DNA of 64,000 nucleotides from Escherichia coli (GTDB lineage Bacteria; Pseudomonadota; Gammaproteobacteria; Enterobacterales; Enterobacteriaceae): NCBI RefSeq assembly GCF_030013205.1, contig NZ_CP122648.1; one strand, 5' to 3'. Shown piece by piece: positions 1 to 10,987 of this stretch (position 1 is its first letter; each line of letters starts with the position of its first letter). The notes under the pieces were generated by a model. It saw only the letters and a program-made list of their open reading frames with translations, ran no database searches and was not told where the DNA came from. The position numbers and the translations under genes were made by a program.

Positions 1-402
1 ACCGACGTAGCCCCACTGTTCGTCCATTTCAGCGCAGACAATCACATCACTGCCCGGTTGTATGCGCGAGGTTACCGACTGCGGCCTGAGTTTTTTAAGT
101 GGCGGAAAATCGTGTTGAGGCCAACGCCAATAATGCGTGCACTGGCGCGACATCCGACGCCATTCATGGCCATATCAATGATTTTCTGGTGCGTACCGGG
201 CTGAGAGGCGGCGTAAGTGAACTGTAGTTGCCATGTTTTACGGCAGTGAGAGCAGAGATAGCGCTGATGTCCGGCGGTGCTTTTGCCGTTACGCACCACC
301 CCGTCAGTAGCTGAACAGGAGGGACAGCTGATAGAAACAGAAGCCACTGGAGCACCTCAAAAACACCATCATACACTAAATCAGTAAGTTGGCAGCATCA
401 CC
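1..402 (-). mobile_element. IS1, partial copy truncated by the window edge (window starts 366 bp inside the element)
   Basis: 1-402 is identical to 11339-11740 of the complete IS1 copy; terminal repeat ...ggcagcatcacc ends at 402; complete insA plus the 5' part of insB (1-153). Confidence 0.9.
72..347 (-). CDS. insA: IS1 InsA
   Basis: 91-aa ORF identical to the insA ORF of the second IS1 copy (11410-11685). Confidence 0.9.
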   Translation of the reverse strand: MASVSISCPSCSATDGVVRNGKSTAGHQRYLCSHCRKTWQLQFTYAASQPGTHQKIIDMAMNGVGCRASARIIGVGLNTIFRHLKNSGRSR

Positions 403-772
403 GTGCCTATAATACCCCCGTTGTTGCAATTTATGCTGATTACAAAACGCGATGGCCCGCAATGGTCGATGTTTCGGAGTCAGTCGTCGTTGGGCAAAAA
501 ATTGACAATATAAGTCTGGATGAATTCGCAAAGGCATTAAAAAGTGTTTTGGCGAGAATATGAGGCAGTATTTATGCATATTAATGCCGATCTGTTATGA
601 ACGGTGGTGTCATCAATACTCTGTGGCTGGTCAATCATTACAGAAAGCCAGTCTTTGGAGCAAAGCTGTACTCACCGGATACAACCATAGTCACACCGAA
701 CGCGAATCTGGCGGTATCGCATTTTTATTTATTCATTTTCTGTGAGAGAAGGGCAAGTTCTGTAGAGGGAAT

Positions 773-806
773 GTAAAAAAGAGTGCCCCGAATGGAGCAC
801 TCTTTA
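773..806 (-). terminator. intrinsic terminator downstream of yeeJ
   Basis: 8-bp stem aagagtgc/gcactctt with a T-run on the minus strand, directly after the yeeJ stop at 825. Confidence 0.5.
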
Positions 807-824
807 AGGAATTATAGCGGAAAA

Positions 825-3800
825 TCAGAGGTTTTTATAACATGTCGCATGAGCAAACCCAAGCTTTTCATATACACTTTGCTCACCTGTTGCCAGAGAA
901 ATTACGTATTGTTCGCTTGAGTTTGCGGGACTAGATGACCAATACATATTTGATTGAAAACCAGCTTCAGTCGTGTAATGCCCCATATCTCCCCATTCAC
1001 TGTACAGTGACCCGATGCCTCGGGAACGACTATGGTTTAAATGGTCTCCAAGGGGAAGTGTGTAGCCATTGCTACTGCAAAAATTTTCAGCAAGGCTGTA
1101 TATCATGAAAGCATCGCCGGCGTTCACCCACCAACTCTTCACTCGGATTTCGTATATATAGCTAGGGCCGCCTGTTTTTGGCGTCGCCGTAATCCTCTCC
1201 CATTTGCTGCCGACATTTTTAAATGTCACTTTACCGGTAGCATCAACATCGACCCAGGAGCCAGAGCTTGAAAACTCATAATCAGCCGCCGTTTTTCCTG
1301 GAGCAAAGTTGTCATTATTCAACTGATAATACGCCCCGGTGAATCCCTGCGAAGGGAATGTAGTTGTTGGTAGGTTAGCACCATTGACCAACACTGTACC
1401 GCTCATTATTTTGTCTTCTGCGCGAGTGAATTGTATTGTGGTACTCAGACCCGCTTGATGAACACCATTCAATACAGGGATCAGCGTTGCGATACCCTCT
1501 CCGCCGCCTGTAACAGTGGCTTTGTAATCACCGTTGATATTTTGACTGTAATCAATTGCGCTAATTTTCACATAGGGCACGTTAGTACCTGATTGCACAA
1601 ATTCCATCCCTTCAGAAACTTTGATCGGATTGCCTGATATATCGTACAAAACAAGATGTAGCTCAGCACTATCGGTATAGTCCCCTTTCAGTGATGACCG
1701 ATTGTTCTTAAGGACGGACTGCGAGGCGTCAGCCGGGCCTGCCACCAGCGTTATATCTACTGTTTGCATTCCACCAGCGGTCGTGACTGCGCTTACCGTG
1801 ACGCTACCTGTCATCGCTCCTTTCACGCTTGTTGTCGCGATTCCGTTTTGATCGGTCACCGCTGTTAATGACGTTAATGTGGCAGAGCCGCTTTTTAAGG
1901 TGAAGTACACAGTGAGACCTTCGATCAGGTTACCACTGCCATCCTCAACCGTTGCCTTTAAGGTACTTAAATCACTGTTGGTGGCGGCGATAGTCGATGG
2001 ATCAGCGATAAAGCTAGCAACATGTGCGGTGCTTGAGTTGCCAGTGACTTTCACGGTTGTCTGTGTCTGTATTGTTACGCCGTTATGGAACGATGCAGTC
2101 ACCGTATATGTACCGACTTTATTGCTGGTCAGAACGACTGGTGCCTGACCTGAAGAGTTGGTTCTCACTTTTCCGCCACTTAACGTTGCACCTTCTGGCG
2201 TTACGCTAAAGTTGATGACCTGACCTTCCACTGGAGTGCCATTTGCAGAAGTTAGCGTTGCCGTCAGAGTTGCACCTGTTGGGGAATTGACACCGATAAG
2301 CGGGCTGGACGCCGTGAGTGTCAGTTTTTCATCAATAGCCTCCAGTTGTTTCTCAATTGAGGCTCCATTCGCCAGGGATGCTTTCACCATATACGAACCG
2401 TTTCTTTCGGGCGTCATGGTGACCTCGGCTATACCCTGCGTATTAGTAGACACCGTATTCTGGCTGATGATCATTTGCGAGGATGGCTCTGCACTGAATG
2501 TCACGGGTTGATGCGCAACCGGGTTGCCAAACTGGTCGTTAACGTGAGCTTTAACTGCTACGTCTTGTGCGACCATTACCTGACCTTCAGGTATCTCCAG
2601 ACTGGTAAACGTCGCAGAATTAACATCTGCACTGGCATTCAGTAATCGCGAGATGACTTCAGTAGGTTTATCTGCCAGAGAGGCTGAAACTGTTTTCAGT
2701 CCGACCTCGGTGCTTGTCACAAGAATTTCAGCGAATCCCTGACTATCCGTTTCAACGCTGGTGCTGCTTAGCGTGACGGAGGTTCCGCGGAAATTAACTT
2801 TTATGCCTTCTACCGGGTTGCCGTTAGCGTCAGTGACGCTTGCCGTCATGGTTGCGCCCTCGGTCGTGCTGACGACGAATGAGTATACAGAGGTTAAGGA
2901 GGTCAGTTTTGCGGTACCAGCATCGGCAATCAACGTCACCTGTTTCGTATCACTGACACCATAATTGTTCACGCTAACTGTCACGGGGTAGGTGCCGGAT
3001 TTTGTACCGCTCAGTGTAACTTCAGCCTTGCCGTTGATGTCTGTAATGGCGGAACCGCCTTGTCCGAGAGTGAAGCTTGCGCTCACATCTGCCGGTAGCG
3101 TGAATGTCACCGCCTCATTGGCTAACGGGTTGCCGTTTCCATCAGTCACTGTTGCCTGAAGTGTGGTCATCCCAACGTTATTGGCGATAAAGTTGTCCTC
3201 GGTAACGTTAAGATTAACCTGCGCAGTGAGCGTATCCGCAGTAAAGTTCACCACCAGTTGTCCGCTCTTACCGCCAGCCATCGATGCTGTAACAGTATGA
3301 GCGCCTGCTTTTGTACCTTTCAGCGTGACTTTCGCTTTGCCTTCAGTATCCGTAATCGCTTTACCGCCATCGCTCAGCGTGAAGTTCGCCCTCACATCTT
3401 CCGGCAGAGTAAATGTTACCTCAGTGTTGGCTATCGCATTGCCCTCTGTATCAGCGACTGTTGCTGTGAGTGTCGTGAGATCGTTATTGTCGGCAATCAC
3501 CGGATCCTTAGAGGCTGCCAGCGAGATTTCAGCATTCGCGACGTTCGGCACATAGGTCACTGTTTGTTGCATCGAATCACCATTTTCGAGGGTTGCCGTC
3601 ACTTGATAAACCCCGGCTTTTGTAGCGGTAAAGCTTGCGTAAAAATTGCCGTAGTAGTTGGTAGTATATATACCAGTTATTACTGGGGGTCACGCCTTCA
3701 CTTGGTGAAACGCTGAGGGTCACCTGATGCTGGGGGACACCGTTGCCGTAATTATCCTTCACCTCAATATACAGACTGGTTGTCTCGCCTGCGGAGACTG

Positions 3801-5529
3801 TATCAAAAAGTGCATGTAGCAAAGTGAGATGTGCCGTAGACGCATCAGCATTGACATTAATTGATGTGCTAAGCGTGGAGCTACCATTTTCCAGACTGGC
3901 CTCAACGGTATCTGGTCTCGCTCCTGATTCTATCGAGGAGCGGGTATTGGTATAAGTGACGGTAGCCTTACCCTGTTCGTTCGTTACGGCTTGGCCGCCA
4001 TTCGTCATTTCGGCAGAGTTTGTTCTGCTGGTGAAGTTCACAGTCACACCTTTCACCGGAAAGCCATTATTATCAACGACTGTGGCGGTAATGACGCTGC
4101 CGGTGCTGTTCTGCGGGGTACCGGCGAATATGCTGTCTGGGACAGGCGTCAACTCGATAATTTTTGCCGCCGCTGTGTCGCCAATAAAATGCACAGTTTT
4201 GTTGTCGCTGGCACCAGTATTAGCCAGTGATGCAGTAACAGTCTGCTCACCAAAGGCAACGCCTGCGAGAGTGGCCTGCGCGATGCCAGACTCATTGGTA
4301 TTACTTTCCCCTGGGGTCAGGGTGAGGCCTGAAGAAGCTGTGCTGAATGTTACCGGAAGATTGTTCACCTCATTGTCGAACTGATCTTTGACCGTTGCAG
4401 TTAGCGTTGCGCTATCGACGCCATTACCTGTTATCTCATTTTTTGATATCTGCAGGACAACCTGAGCCGAGGTTTTGTCCGCCACAAACGTTACCGGCTG
4501 CGAATCACTGGTATTGTTATTACTCAGCGTTACGGTAACCGTATGCGTGCCCGCTTTTTTGCCTTTGAGGGTGACATGCGCTTCGCCATTGGCCTGAGTG
4601 ATGGCAATACCGTTATTTTCGAGGGTAAAGTTTGCCGCAACGTCCTGTGGCATGGTGAAGTTCACGGTTATTCCCGCCACCGGATGATTCGACGGATCTT
4701 TCACCGTTGCCGTCAGCTGCACGCTGTCGCTGTTATTCGTCACCACCTGTTGAGCAGGGATATTCAGCGTGACCTGCGCGTTGCTGGCATCGGGCGCAAT
4801 ATTGACTGTCTTCGTATCGTTGTTGCCGTTAGGCAGTGTGGCTTCGGCTGTATGAACACCCAAAACCGTGCCCTTAAGGGTAACTTCAGCAACACCACTG
4901 TCGTTTGTATTGCTCGTGCTCTGACTAAGTTGTGTATCAGCCGGGTTAGTACTAAAGGTGACCGGTAGATCTATTACTACGTTATCAAAAGGATCTTTCA
5001 CTGTTGCTGTCAGCGTTGTCTCATCCACGCCATTCCCAATGATTTCCGCTTTCGAGGTTTGCAGAACGACAACTGCGCTGTCCTTATCCGCCACGAATGT
5101 GACTGGCTGCGCATCGCTGGCATTATTGTTACCCAGCGTTGCGGTAACCGTATGCGTGCCCGCTTTTTTACCTTTGAGCGTGACATGCGCTTCCCCATTG
5201 GCCTGAGTGATGGCAATACCGTTATTTTCGAGGGTAAAGTTTGCCGCAACGTCCTGTGGCATGGTGAAGTTCACCGTTATTCCCGCCACCGGATGATTCG
5301 ACGGATCTTTCACCGTTGCCGTCAGCTGCACGCTGTCGCTGTTATTCGTCACCACCTGTTGAGCAGGGATGTTCAGGGTGACCTGCGCGTTGCTGGTATC
5401 GGGCGCAATATTGACTGTCTTCGTATCTCTATTGCCGTTACCCGCAGTTAAGCGGCGTAGTTTAATTCCCATCCCGCATAAAATTTGTCTGTCATTTATT
5501 TCTTCTCCACTTCTCTTCTTCGTAGCCAT
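825..5529 (-). pseudogene. yeeJ: yeeJ-like adhesin with bacterial Ig-like repeats; frameshifted and lacking an N-terminal export domain
   Basis: Two overlapping ORFs (3577-5604 and 825-3602) in different frames; ATG for MATKKRSGEE at 5529; the translation is almost entirely ~100-aa Ig-like repeats with no signal peptide or beta-barrel. Confidence 0.7.
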
Positions 5530-5841
5530 GCTTACCTTCCCTGAACGAGCTAACATAAATGCGCCCTTTCTAGCACAGCGAAAAAATATAAATCCTGATA
5601 GCAATATGATTGAAAATTAATAACTTTTCGTTAGGTAGTTTTGGGTGTGAGTTGCAAGAGGGGAGACTACTGAATTACTCAAGTTTTATAATCGAGGGGA
5701 AAATGGTGATGGCGTCCATAGCAAAACGCCCTCAACCATTAAGGTCGAGGGCGCTTAAGATGTCAAAAACCCGCTATCCGTTAAAAAGCAATGCTCAACT
5801 AAGATCAGTGACATTGCGCTAAAAAGCGAATTTTTAGAATT

Positions 5842-5917
5842 TGGCTCCTCTGACTGGACTCGAACCAGTGACATACGGATTAACAGTCCGCCGTTCTACC
5901 GACTGAACTACAGAGGA
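5842..5917 (-). tRNA. asnT: tRNA-Asn (anticodon GTT)
   Basis: 76-nt reverse complement of the E. coli tRNA-Asn sequence, ending in CCA. Confidence 0.9.
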
Positions 5918-6017
5918 ATCGTGTGAACGGGGCGCATATTACTTAGCGGTACCTTGTCTGTCAACACTAAATTTCATAAGTCATTTCAATTGGTTAATTA
6001 ATCTGCAAAGTTGTTAA

Positions 6018-6815
6018 TTAATGAACATTCGTCGCCGAAAACGAGTCTGTATCATTAGCGTGATGCAGTCTCTGCAAAGGATCTTGTTGATAAAATTGGC
6101 AGAAACGTTGCCACAATGAAGGGAAACGAGGAGCAAAAAGTTCTGGGGCGCTAAAGAAATATTCAGAAAGTACGGCAAAACACTCAGCAGGATCACTGGC
6201 AGCATAAGCATCGATGCTCGCCGCATTCTCGCCAACTAATTCGATTTCTTCCTGAATATTGTTCATTGCAGCATGAAGATCGTGTTCCCAGCCAGCAACC
6301 TCACGCAACGGAATAAAGGGAACTCCGCTGGCGCGATCGCCGTTACGGGTGTCCAGCTTATGAGCGACTTCATGAATAATCAGGTTAAAACCAGAAGCAT
6401 CAAAAGAATCTTGTATATCCAACCAGTTCAAAACGATAGGCCCTTGCTGCCAGCTCTGACCTGACTGAACAATACGTTGGTTATGCACCAAACCGATATC
6501 GTCTTCCCATTCATCATCGACCACAAATGGCGCAGGATAAATTAAGACTTCATGAAAACCATCCAGCCATTCCAGTCCTAACTCCAGAACGGGAAGGCAA
6601 AATAGAAGTGCTATCCGGCAGCTTCTTAATGAATCCAGTTCAAAGCCCTGTAAAGGAACAAGCCGCTTTTGCTGTAAAAAACGTTCGGCAAGAGTGACTA
6701 ATTTGCTTTGTTCCTGTTCCGTCAGACACGTTAAAAGGGGGATCGATAGTGCTTCCTGCCAGGGAAGGGCAGTTTGATGTGCTGATTCTTGTACTTTCCA
6801 GGGCCACTTAATCAT
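6018..6815 (-). CDS. mtfA: MtfA (Mlc titration factor A)
   Basis: ORF 6018-6854; start taken at [10 protein letters not shown] (265 aa), which matches MtfA as I recall it. Confidence 0.9.
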   Translation of the reverse strand: MIKWPWKVQESAHQTALPWQEALSIPLLTCLTEQEQSKLVTLAERFLQQKRLVPLQGFELDSLRSCRIALLFCLPVLELGLEWLDGFHEVLIYPAPFVVDDEWEDDIGLVHNQRIVQSGQSWQQGPIVLNWLDIQDSFDASGFNLIIHEVAHKLDTRNGDRASGVPFIPLREVAGWEHDLHAAMNNIQEEIELVGENAASIDAYAASDPAECFAVLSEYFFSAPELFAPRFPSLWQRFCQFYQQDPLQRLHHANDTDSFSATNVH

Positions 6816-6908
6816 CGTTTTGCTCGCAAACTCGTCACTTGAACAAAATTGCACGGACAGGGACTGTTAAAATGCCAAATTTCCTGGCATCATGGCAACC
6901 ATCTGAAC

Positions 6909-6998
6909 GGAGAGATGCCGGAGCGGCTGAACGGACCGGTCTCGAAAACCGGAGTGGGGGCAACTCCACCGGGGGTTCAAATCCCCCTCTCTCCGCCA
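6909..6998 (+). tRNA. serU: tRNA-Ser (anticodon CGA)
   Basis: 90-nt long-variable-arm tRNA, ggagagatgccggagcggctgaacgg...ctctccgcca; anticodon loop ctCGAaa. Confidence 0.9.
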
Positions 6999-7050
6999 AA
7001 ATTCAATCACTTACACATCATTAAGTCAGTGACAAAAATCACACTTGGAA

Positions 7051-8076
7051 TTACTTGGAATATTTTCTTGGAATATTTTCAGGTAACGGGACATCAAGTG
7101 TTGGTGAAACTTTAACCTTTCTGTCATAGATTAGCACTTGCCCTTCGGTTTTGTGACCAGAGAAAAGTTGCTTATCCCGGCTGCTTCCTTCATAGTCTGA
7201 AATTCCTTTCGCCTTCAGATCATGAAAGGTGAAGTCGGTTAAAATACCTGAAATTTTGCCTGCGCGATTTCTTGCTTCTACCCACATTTCGTTAAAGCCT
7301 TTGTACATATATCGGTTGCCGTATTGATTGCTGATCACATAGGCAGATTTTGGTAACTGTTTTGCTTTTTCGATCGCTGCCTGTAATCGTGGACTCCATG
7401 CTTTTATCTGTTTTTTTCCGGTTTTCCCTTGCTGGATGAATATCCCGTCGTTTCCAATCTGTTCCCATTTCAGCGATAACACATCGGAAACCCTCGCTGC
7501 ACACAGATAGGCAATTTCCATTGCGATAAAAACAGGAAGAGGTGCAACGCTTAATACTGCCTGGTATTCTTTGTCGGTTACATATCGTTCGCGGTTTTTG
7601 GCCTTGAATTTACTTACACCTGCACATGGGTTAGCCTTCACGTACCCTCGCTCATACCCCCAACTGTAAACACGGGACATACGGCTTTTTTCATGGTTGG
7701 CTTGCGTTTTACTCTGCTCCCCTCTTTTGTCCATGTATCGACGGATGTGTTCTGGTTTTATGGAATCCGCTGGTACCTTACCGAATACGGCAAGCAACTT
7801 TTTTTGATGTTGCAGATAATCTTTTTGTGTTCTTGGACTAAGGTCACTGTAATAGGCGCTGGCGAGGAATTTTTCCCACAAGCGACCGAATGTCATTGCA
7901 CGATCGCGATTATTTACAGTTTCCTCATACTTTTTCCATAAAGCAGCCAAACCATCCTTGATGGCGGTTAGTGTGACAGATTCTCTGGATGTTGGTTTCC
8001 ATACATAACTATATTTATTTGGGTATACATTTGGAGGTAATTTTTCGTGTTCAGGATTTTTCCTTCGTCTTCCCAT
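7051..8076 (-). CDS. int: phage tyrosine integrase
   Basis: 341-aa ORF 53 bp from the serU 3' end; C-terminal HDLKAKG...LIYDRK pattern typical of tyrosine recombinases. Confidence 0.85.
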   Translation of the reverse strand: MGRRRKNPEHEKLPPNVYPNKYSYVWKPTSRESVTLTAIKDGLAALWKKYEETVNNRDRAMTFGRLWEKFLASAYYSDLSPRTQKDYLQHQKKLLAVFGKVPADSIKPEHIRRYMDKRGEQSKTQANHEKSRMSRVYSWGYERGYVKANPCAGVSKFKAKNRERYVTDKEYQAVLSVAPLPVFIAMEIAYLCAARVSDVLSLKWEQIGNDGIFIQQGKTGKKQIKAWSPRLQAAIEKAKQLPKSAYVISNQYGNRYMYKGFNEMWVEARNRAGKISGILTDFTFHDLKAKGISDYEGSSRDKQLFSGHKTEGQVLIYDRKVKVSPTLDVPLPENIPRKYSK

Positions 8077-8279
8077 CAGATCGCACCAAAATTCGGCTCT
8101 ACCTCGCGTGGTGGTAAAGTTTTATTGCAGGTAAATAGATCCCGGCTGACAATCGGTTTGCCACTACGATTGGTATAGAACGGAAGCCCGTTTTCCATTA
8201 ACCATTTTCGCTGGTGGCTTGCATATTTGCAGCCCGTTAATATTAGCAATTCATCTTCGGTTAAAAATAAGCTGCTCAT
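8076..8279 (-). CDS. excisionase-like protein
   Basis: 67-aa ORF whose stop overlaps the int start, the usual xis-int arrangement; small basic protein. Confidence 0.6.
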   Translation of the reverse strand: MSSLFLTEDELLILTGCKYASHQRKWLMENGLPFYTNRSGKPIVSRDLFTCNKTLPPREVEPNFGAI

Positions 8280-8337
8280 AGCTATATCTCATAACCGCCG
8301 CTAACTATATACGGTTAGCGGCAATTAGGGTTGAACA

Positions 8338-10779
8338 TTAAAAATCAGCCTGACTCGGGATCAGTTTTTGCCAGATAGCTGAAACGTATTTTGCCTGGTA
8401 ACGAGCGTCATCAAGTGCATTATGGCGCTCACCTTCGAATGGGATAGCAGTTCTGGCATCGAAGTCTATGGCTTTCCCCAGCTCAACGATTGTGCGTACA
8501 TCGCGATCGTTGCAGTAGCGCCACGGGCAGGGGATACCCTGTCGTTCGTATGAACGGCGTAAAATCACGTTGTCGAAGTTGGCCCCATTACCCCAGACCT
8601 GAACAAAAAATTCACCGGAGTTTTCGGCGATAAATTCCCGCAATTGCAGTAGTGCATCATCTAACGGGATTTCATCGGTCATAATGGCAGACTGCGCTTC
8701 ACGTGATTGCTTCAGCCACCATTTAATGACGTCACGATCAATGACTCCGCCAGCAGTATCCAGATCGATGGTCTTGCTAAATTCCGGTCCCATATCTCCG
8801 GTTTGTGGATCGAAAAATATTGCGCCTATTGAGATAATCGGGGCATCGGGATTTTTTCCCATGGTTTCAAGGTCGATCATCAGATGAATCCCCGCTCTGC
8901 TGGTGGATGTGAGCTTATGATGACCATTCACCTTAATTAAGGGATCTGTCGCCTCGCCAGTTTTATTATCGCTGGCGTGATGCTGATTGCCGCTAGGGTT
9001 CTCCTTGTGTGGATGTTCAGCGCCTTCCATTTCCTCCGGATCATTTTCCTGAACTTCAACCTGATTCTCTTCATCGAATGTTTCCTGGTATGTTGCGTCG
9101 CCCATCACCGCGCCACAATCAGGGCAGTTGCCGCCACCGCTCTGACCGCAGGCGGTGCAGACTTTTTCCGGTTCCTGTTGCGCTACTGGTTCGGATTGTT
9201 TCGTTTCTGGCTCGTTTTGTAACGCATTTGGGCTGTTTTGTTCCGCTTTTTGGTCGTTCCGTTCCGATTCATGCTGGTTCTGGTTCACAGAATCGCGAGT
9301 CTGGATCCCCTTGACCCATTTCGGATCATTAGGGTCGCTAATCCCCTCAACAAATTCACCACGCGATACAGCAAGTAACTTATCGGCGTCAGGCTGGCTG
9401 ATATTGGCTGCCTGCATAATTTTGTTTACTTCGTCAGCGGTGACTTTTACTTGGTTAGCGGAACTCACCTGCGACTGAGCATCCAGCGACTGCGCGTTCT
9501 GGCAATGTTCAGTTGTATCCGGTTCCATTGTTTCAGTTGTTGCCTGTTCACCTGCCATTGCGTCAGATGGTTGTGGTTTTTCTTCTTCTGTTTCACGCTC
9601 AGTAACCACCTCGCGGTTAATTTCTTCCAGGATATCTTTTTCCGGCGTATGCCGGGCAGCTGTGAGAGTTTCCTTGCTGGGGTTCTCGTGATCAGTTTCC
9701 GTCAAATAGGCGTTGATATACCCCTGAAGGCGTCCCGGGTAGTGATAAAATTCAGGGTGTGCGCTTCGGATAAGTGCAAAAATAGCGGCGCGGGAATAGT
9801 CCAGAACACCCGGGGTTGCACGAAGTGCTGCGGACCATTCTTTGAACGGACTTTCTTTTTTCAGGACTACTTCTTTTGCGCGACGATAAACGCTGCCGGG
9901 AATTTCATAAATATTAAAATCCATCGGAAGTGTGGCTGCTGCAATCTCCACATCCAGTGTGTCGAGGGTGTGTACTAAATTCGGATTGCGATCGGTTTTG
10001 TTCCCACCGCCAGCATTAGCACCGGAAGCCGTGCGGGTGATGCGTGAAACACGATTTCCTTTCATCCACTCTTTTGTCAGCAGACCCCGATCAGTGTAGT
10101 CAGCGTCCAGGTATGCTTCGAAAAAAGCAGTTATTAGTCCCAGGTATGAATTACCAGGATTAGGGAAAACTTTGTCAGTGTCACGAACCAGTTTGTGGAG
10201 GTCGCGAATCTCCAGCGAGTCGAGCAGACTGGTTTTATGCGAAATAGCCAGGGCAGTAACAGCCGGTAGTTCTTCAGCCCGTGCAATGTGTAATGCCTGG
10301 AGTTCGTCGCGTGAGACGTGCGTTACTGGTTTTTCGCTGCCGTGTTGAGCAAGCCAACGAATGGGCAGTTCCTGACCGGAGACAGGCAGAAGCATGCTCT
10401 CCTCAATCTCAGTCATGTCTTCGCCGTTGATGTTGGTATTGTCAGTGCTGGCTGGTTTGTCCTGAACAGAGGGGGAAGGGCCGATAAATGTCATTGTGAT
10501 GCCATCTTTCCCGCCTTTTTCATAGCGGTTGCAGAATTCAGTGTCAAACACGCCTTCTGGCGGAAGGTCGTCAACAACGGGCAAATTGACGCGGACGGGT
10601 TTTTTAAAGTCGTCTTCATCATAATCGTTGTCATCCATTGCGGTAATGCAGCGGGAGATTGCAACAGATAATTTTTTTGCTGTAGTCCAGTAAAAACCAC
10701 CTTTAATTCCCAGGCGTTTTCTTACTTTGTCATTTTTTGCTTCGCAATATAGTGCAAATTCTTCTTTATCAGTGCTCAT
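8338..10779 (-). CDS. RecE-like (exodeoxyribonuclease VIII family) protein with a C-terminal DEDDh-type 3'-5' exonuclease domain
   Basis: 813-aa ORF; N-terminal and central regions resemble Rac RecE as I recall it; C-terminus carries DnaQ-like motifs IDLETMG, WGNGANFD and HNALDDA. Confidence 0.6.
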   Translation of the reverse strand: MSTDKEEFALYCEAKNDKVRKRLGIKGGFYWTTAKKLSVAISRCITAMDDNDYDEDDFKKPVRVNLPVVDDLPPEGVFDTEFCNRYEKGGKDGITMTFIGPSPSVQDKPASTDNTNINGEDMTEIEESMLLPVSGQELPIRWLAQHGSEKPVTHVSRDELQALHIARAEELPAVTALAISHKTSLLDSLEIRDLHKLVRDTDKVFPNPGNSYLGLITAFFEAYLDADYTDRGLLTKEWMKGNRVSRITRTASGANAGGGNKTDRNPNLVHTLDTLDVEIAAATLPMDFNIYEIPGSVYRRAKEVVLKKESPFKEWSAALRATPGVLDYSRAAIFALIRSAHPEFYHYPGRLQGYINAYLTETDHENPSKETLTAARHTPEKDILEEINREVVTERETEEEKPQPSDAMAGEQATTETMEPDTTEHCQNAQSLDAQSQVSSANQVKVTADEVNKIMQAANISQPDADKLLAVSRGEFVEGISDPNDPKWVKGIQTRDSVNQNQHESERNDQKAEQNSPNALQNEPETKQSEPVAQQEPEKVCTACGQSGGGNCPDCGAVMGDATYQETFDEENQVEVQENDPEEMEGAEHPHKENPSGNQHHASDNKTGEATDPLIKVNGHHKLTSTSRAGIHLMIDLETMGKNPDAPIISIGAIFFDPQTGDMGPEFSKTIDLDTAGGVIDRDVIKWWLKQSREAQSAIMTDEIPLDDALLQLREFIAENSGEFFVQVWGNGANFDNVILRRSYERQGIPCPWRYCNDRDVRTIVELGKAIDFDARTAIPFEGERHNALDDARYQAKYVSAIWQKLIPSQADF

Positions 10780-10987
10780 TATTGATAAACCTCATCACAG
10801 ATTTAAGGGTGAACAAATCTCTGCCATTGCTGACATATAAGAATGAAACTGGATATTTATTACGGTGCTGTTTTAAAATCCTGCCGGGATTTCGTTATCC
10901 TGGTGAATAACTTTATCGACCGGATAACAGTTGCCTGGAATTTTCTGTTCGGTTGCTGCGGCCATACATTCCGGTAATGACTCCAAC

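Noticed and set aside
3258-5451. Several 80-150-aa ORFs antisense to yeeJ (3258-3716, 3956-4384, 4543-4968, 5059-5451)
   Set aside because: They are mirror images of the repetitive Ig-domain coding sequence; two of them are near-identical only because of the tandem duplication.
7044-7080. Tandem ttggaatattttc repeats next to serU, which could be attL arm-type sites
   Set aside because: They fall inside the integrase coding sequence and simply encode its C-terminus (ENIPRKYSK); no independent evidence for an att function.
8684-10700. Multiple ORFs antisense to or overlapping the RecE-like gene, and similar ORFs inside the fli genes
   Set aside because: They are nested within well-supported long ORFs on the opposite strand or frame and have no SD; typical spurious ORFs.
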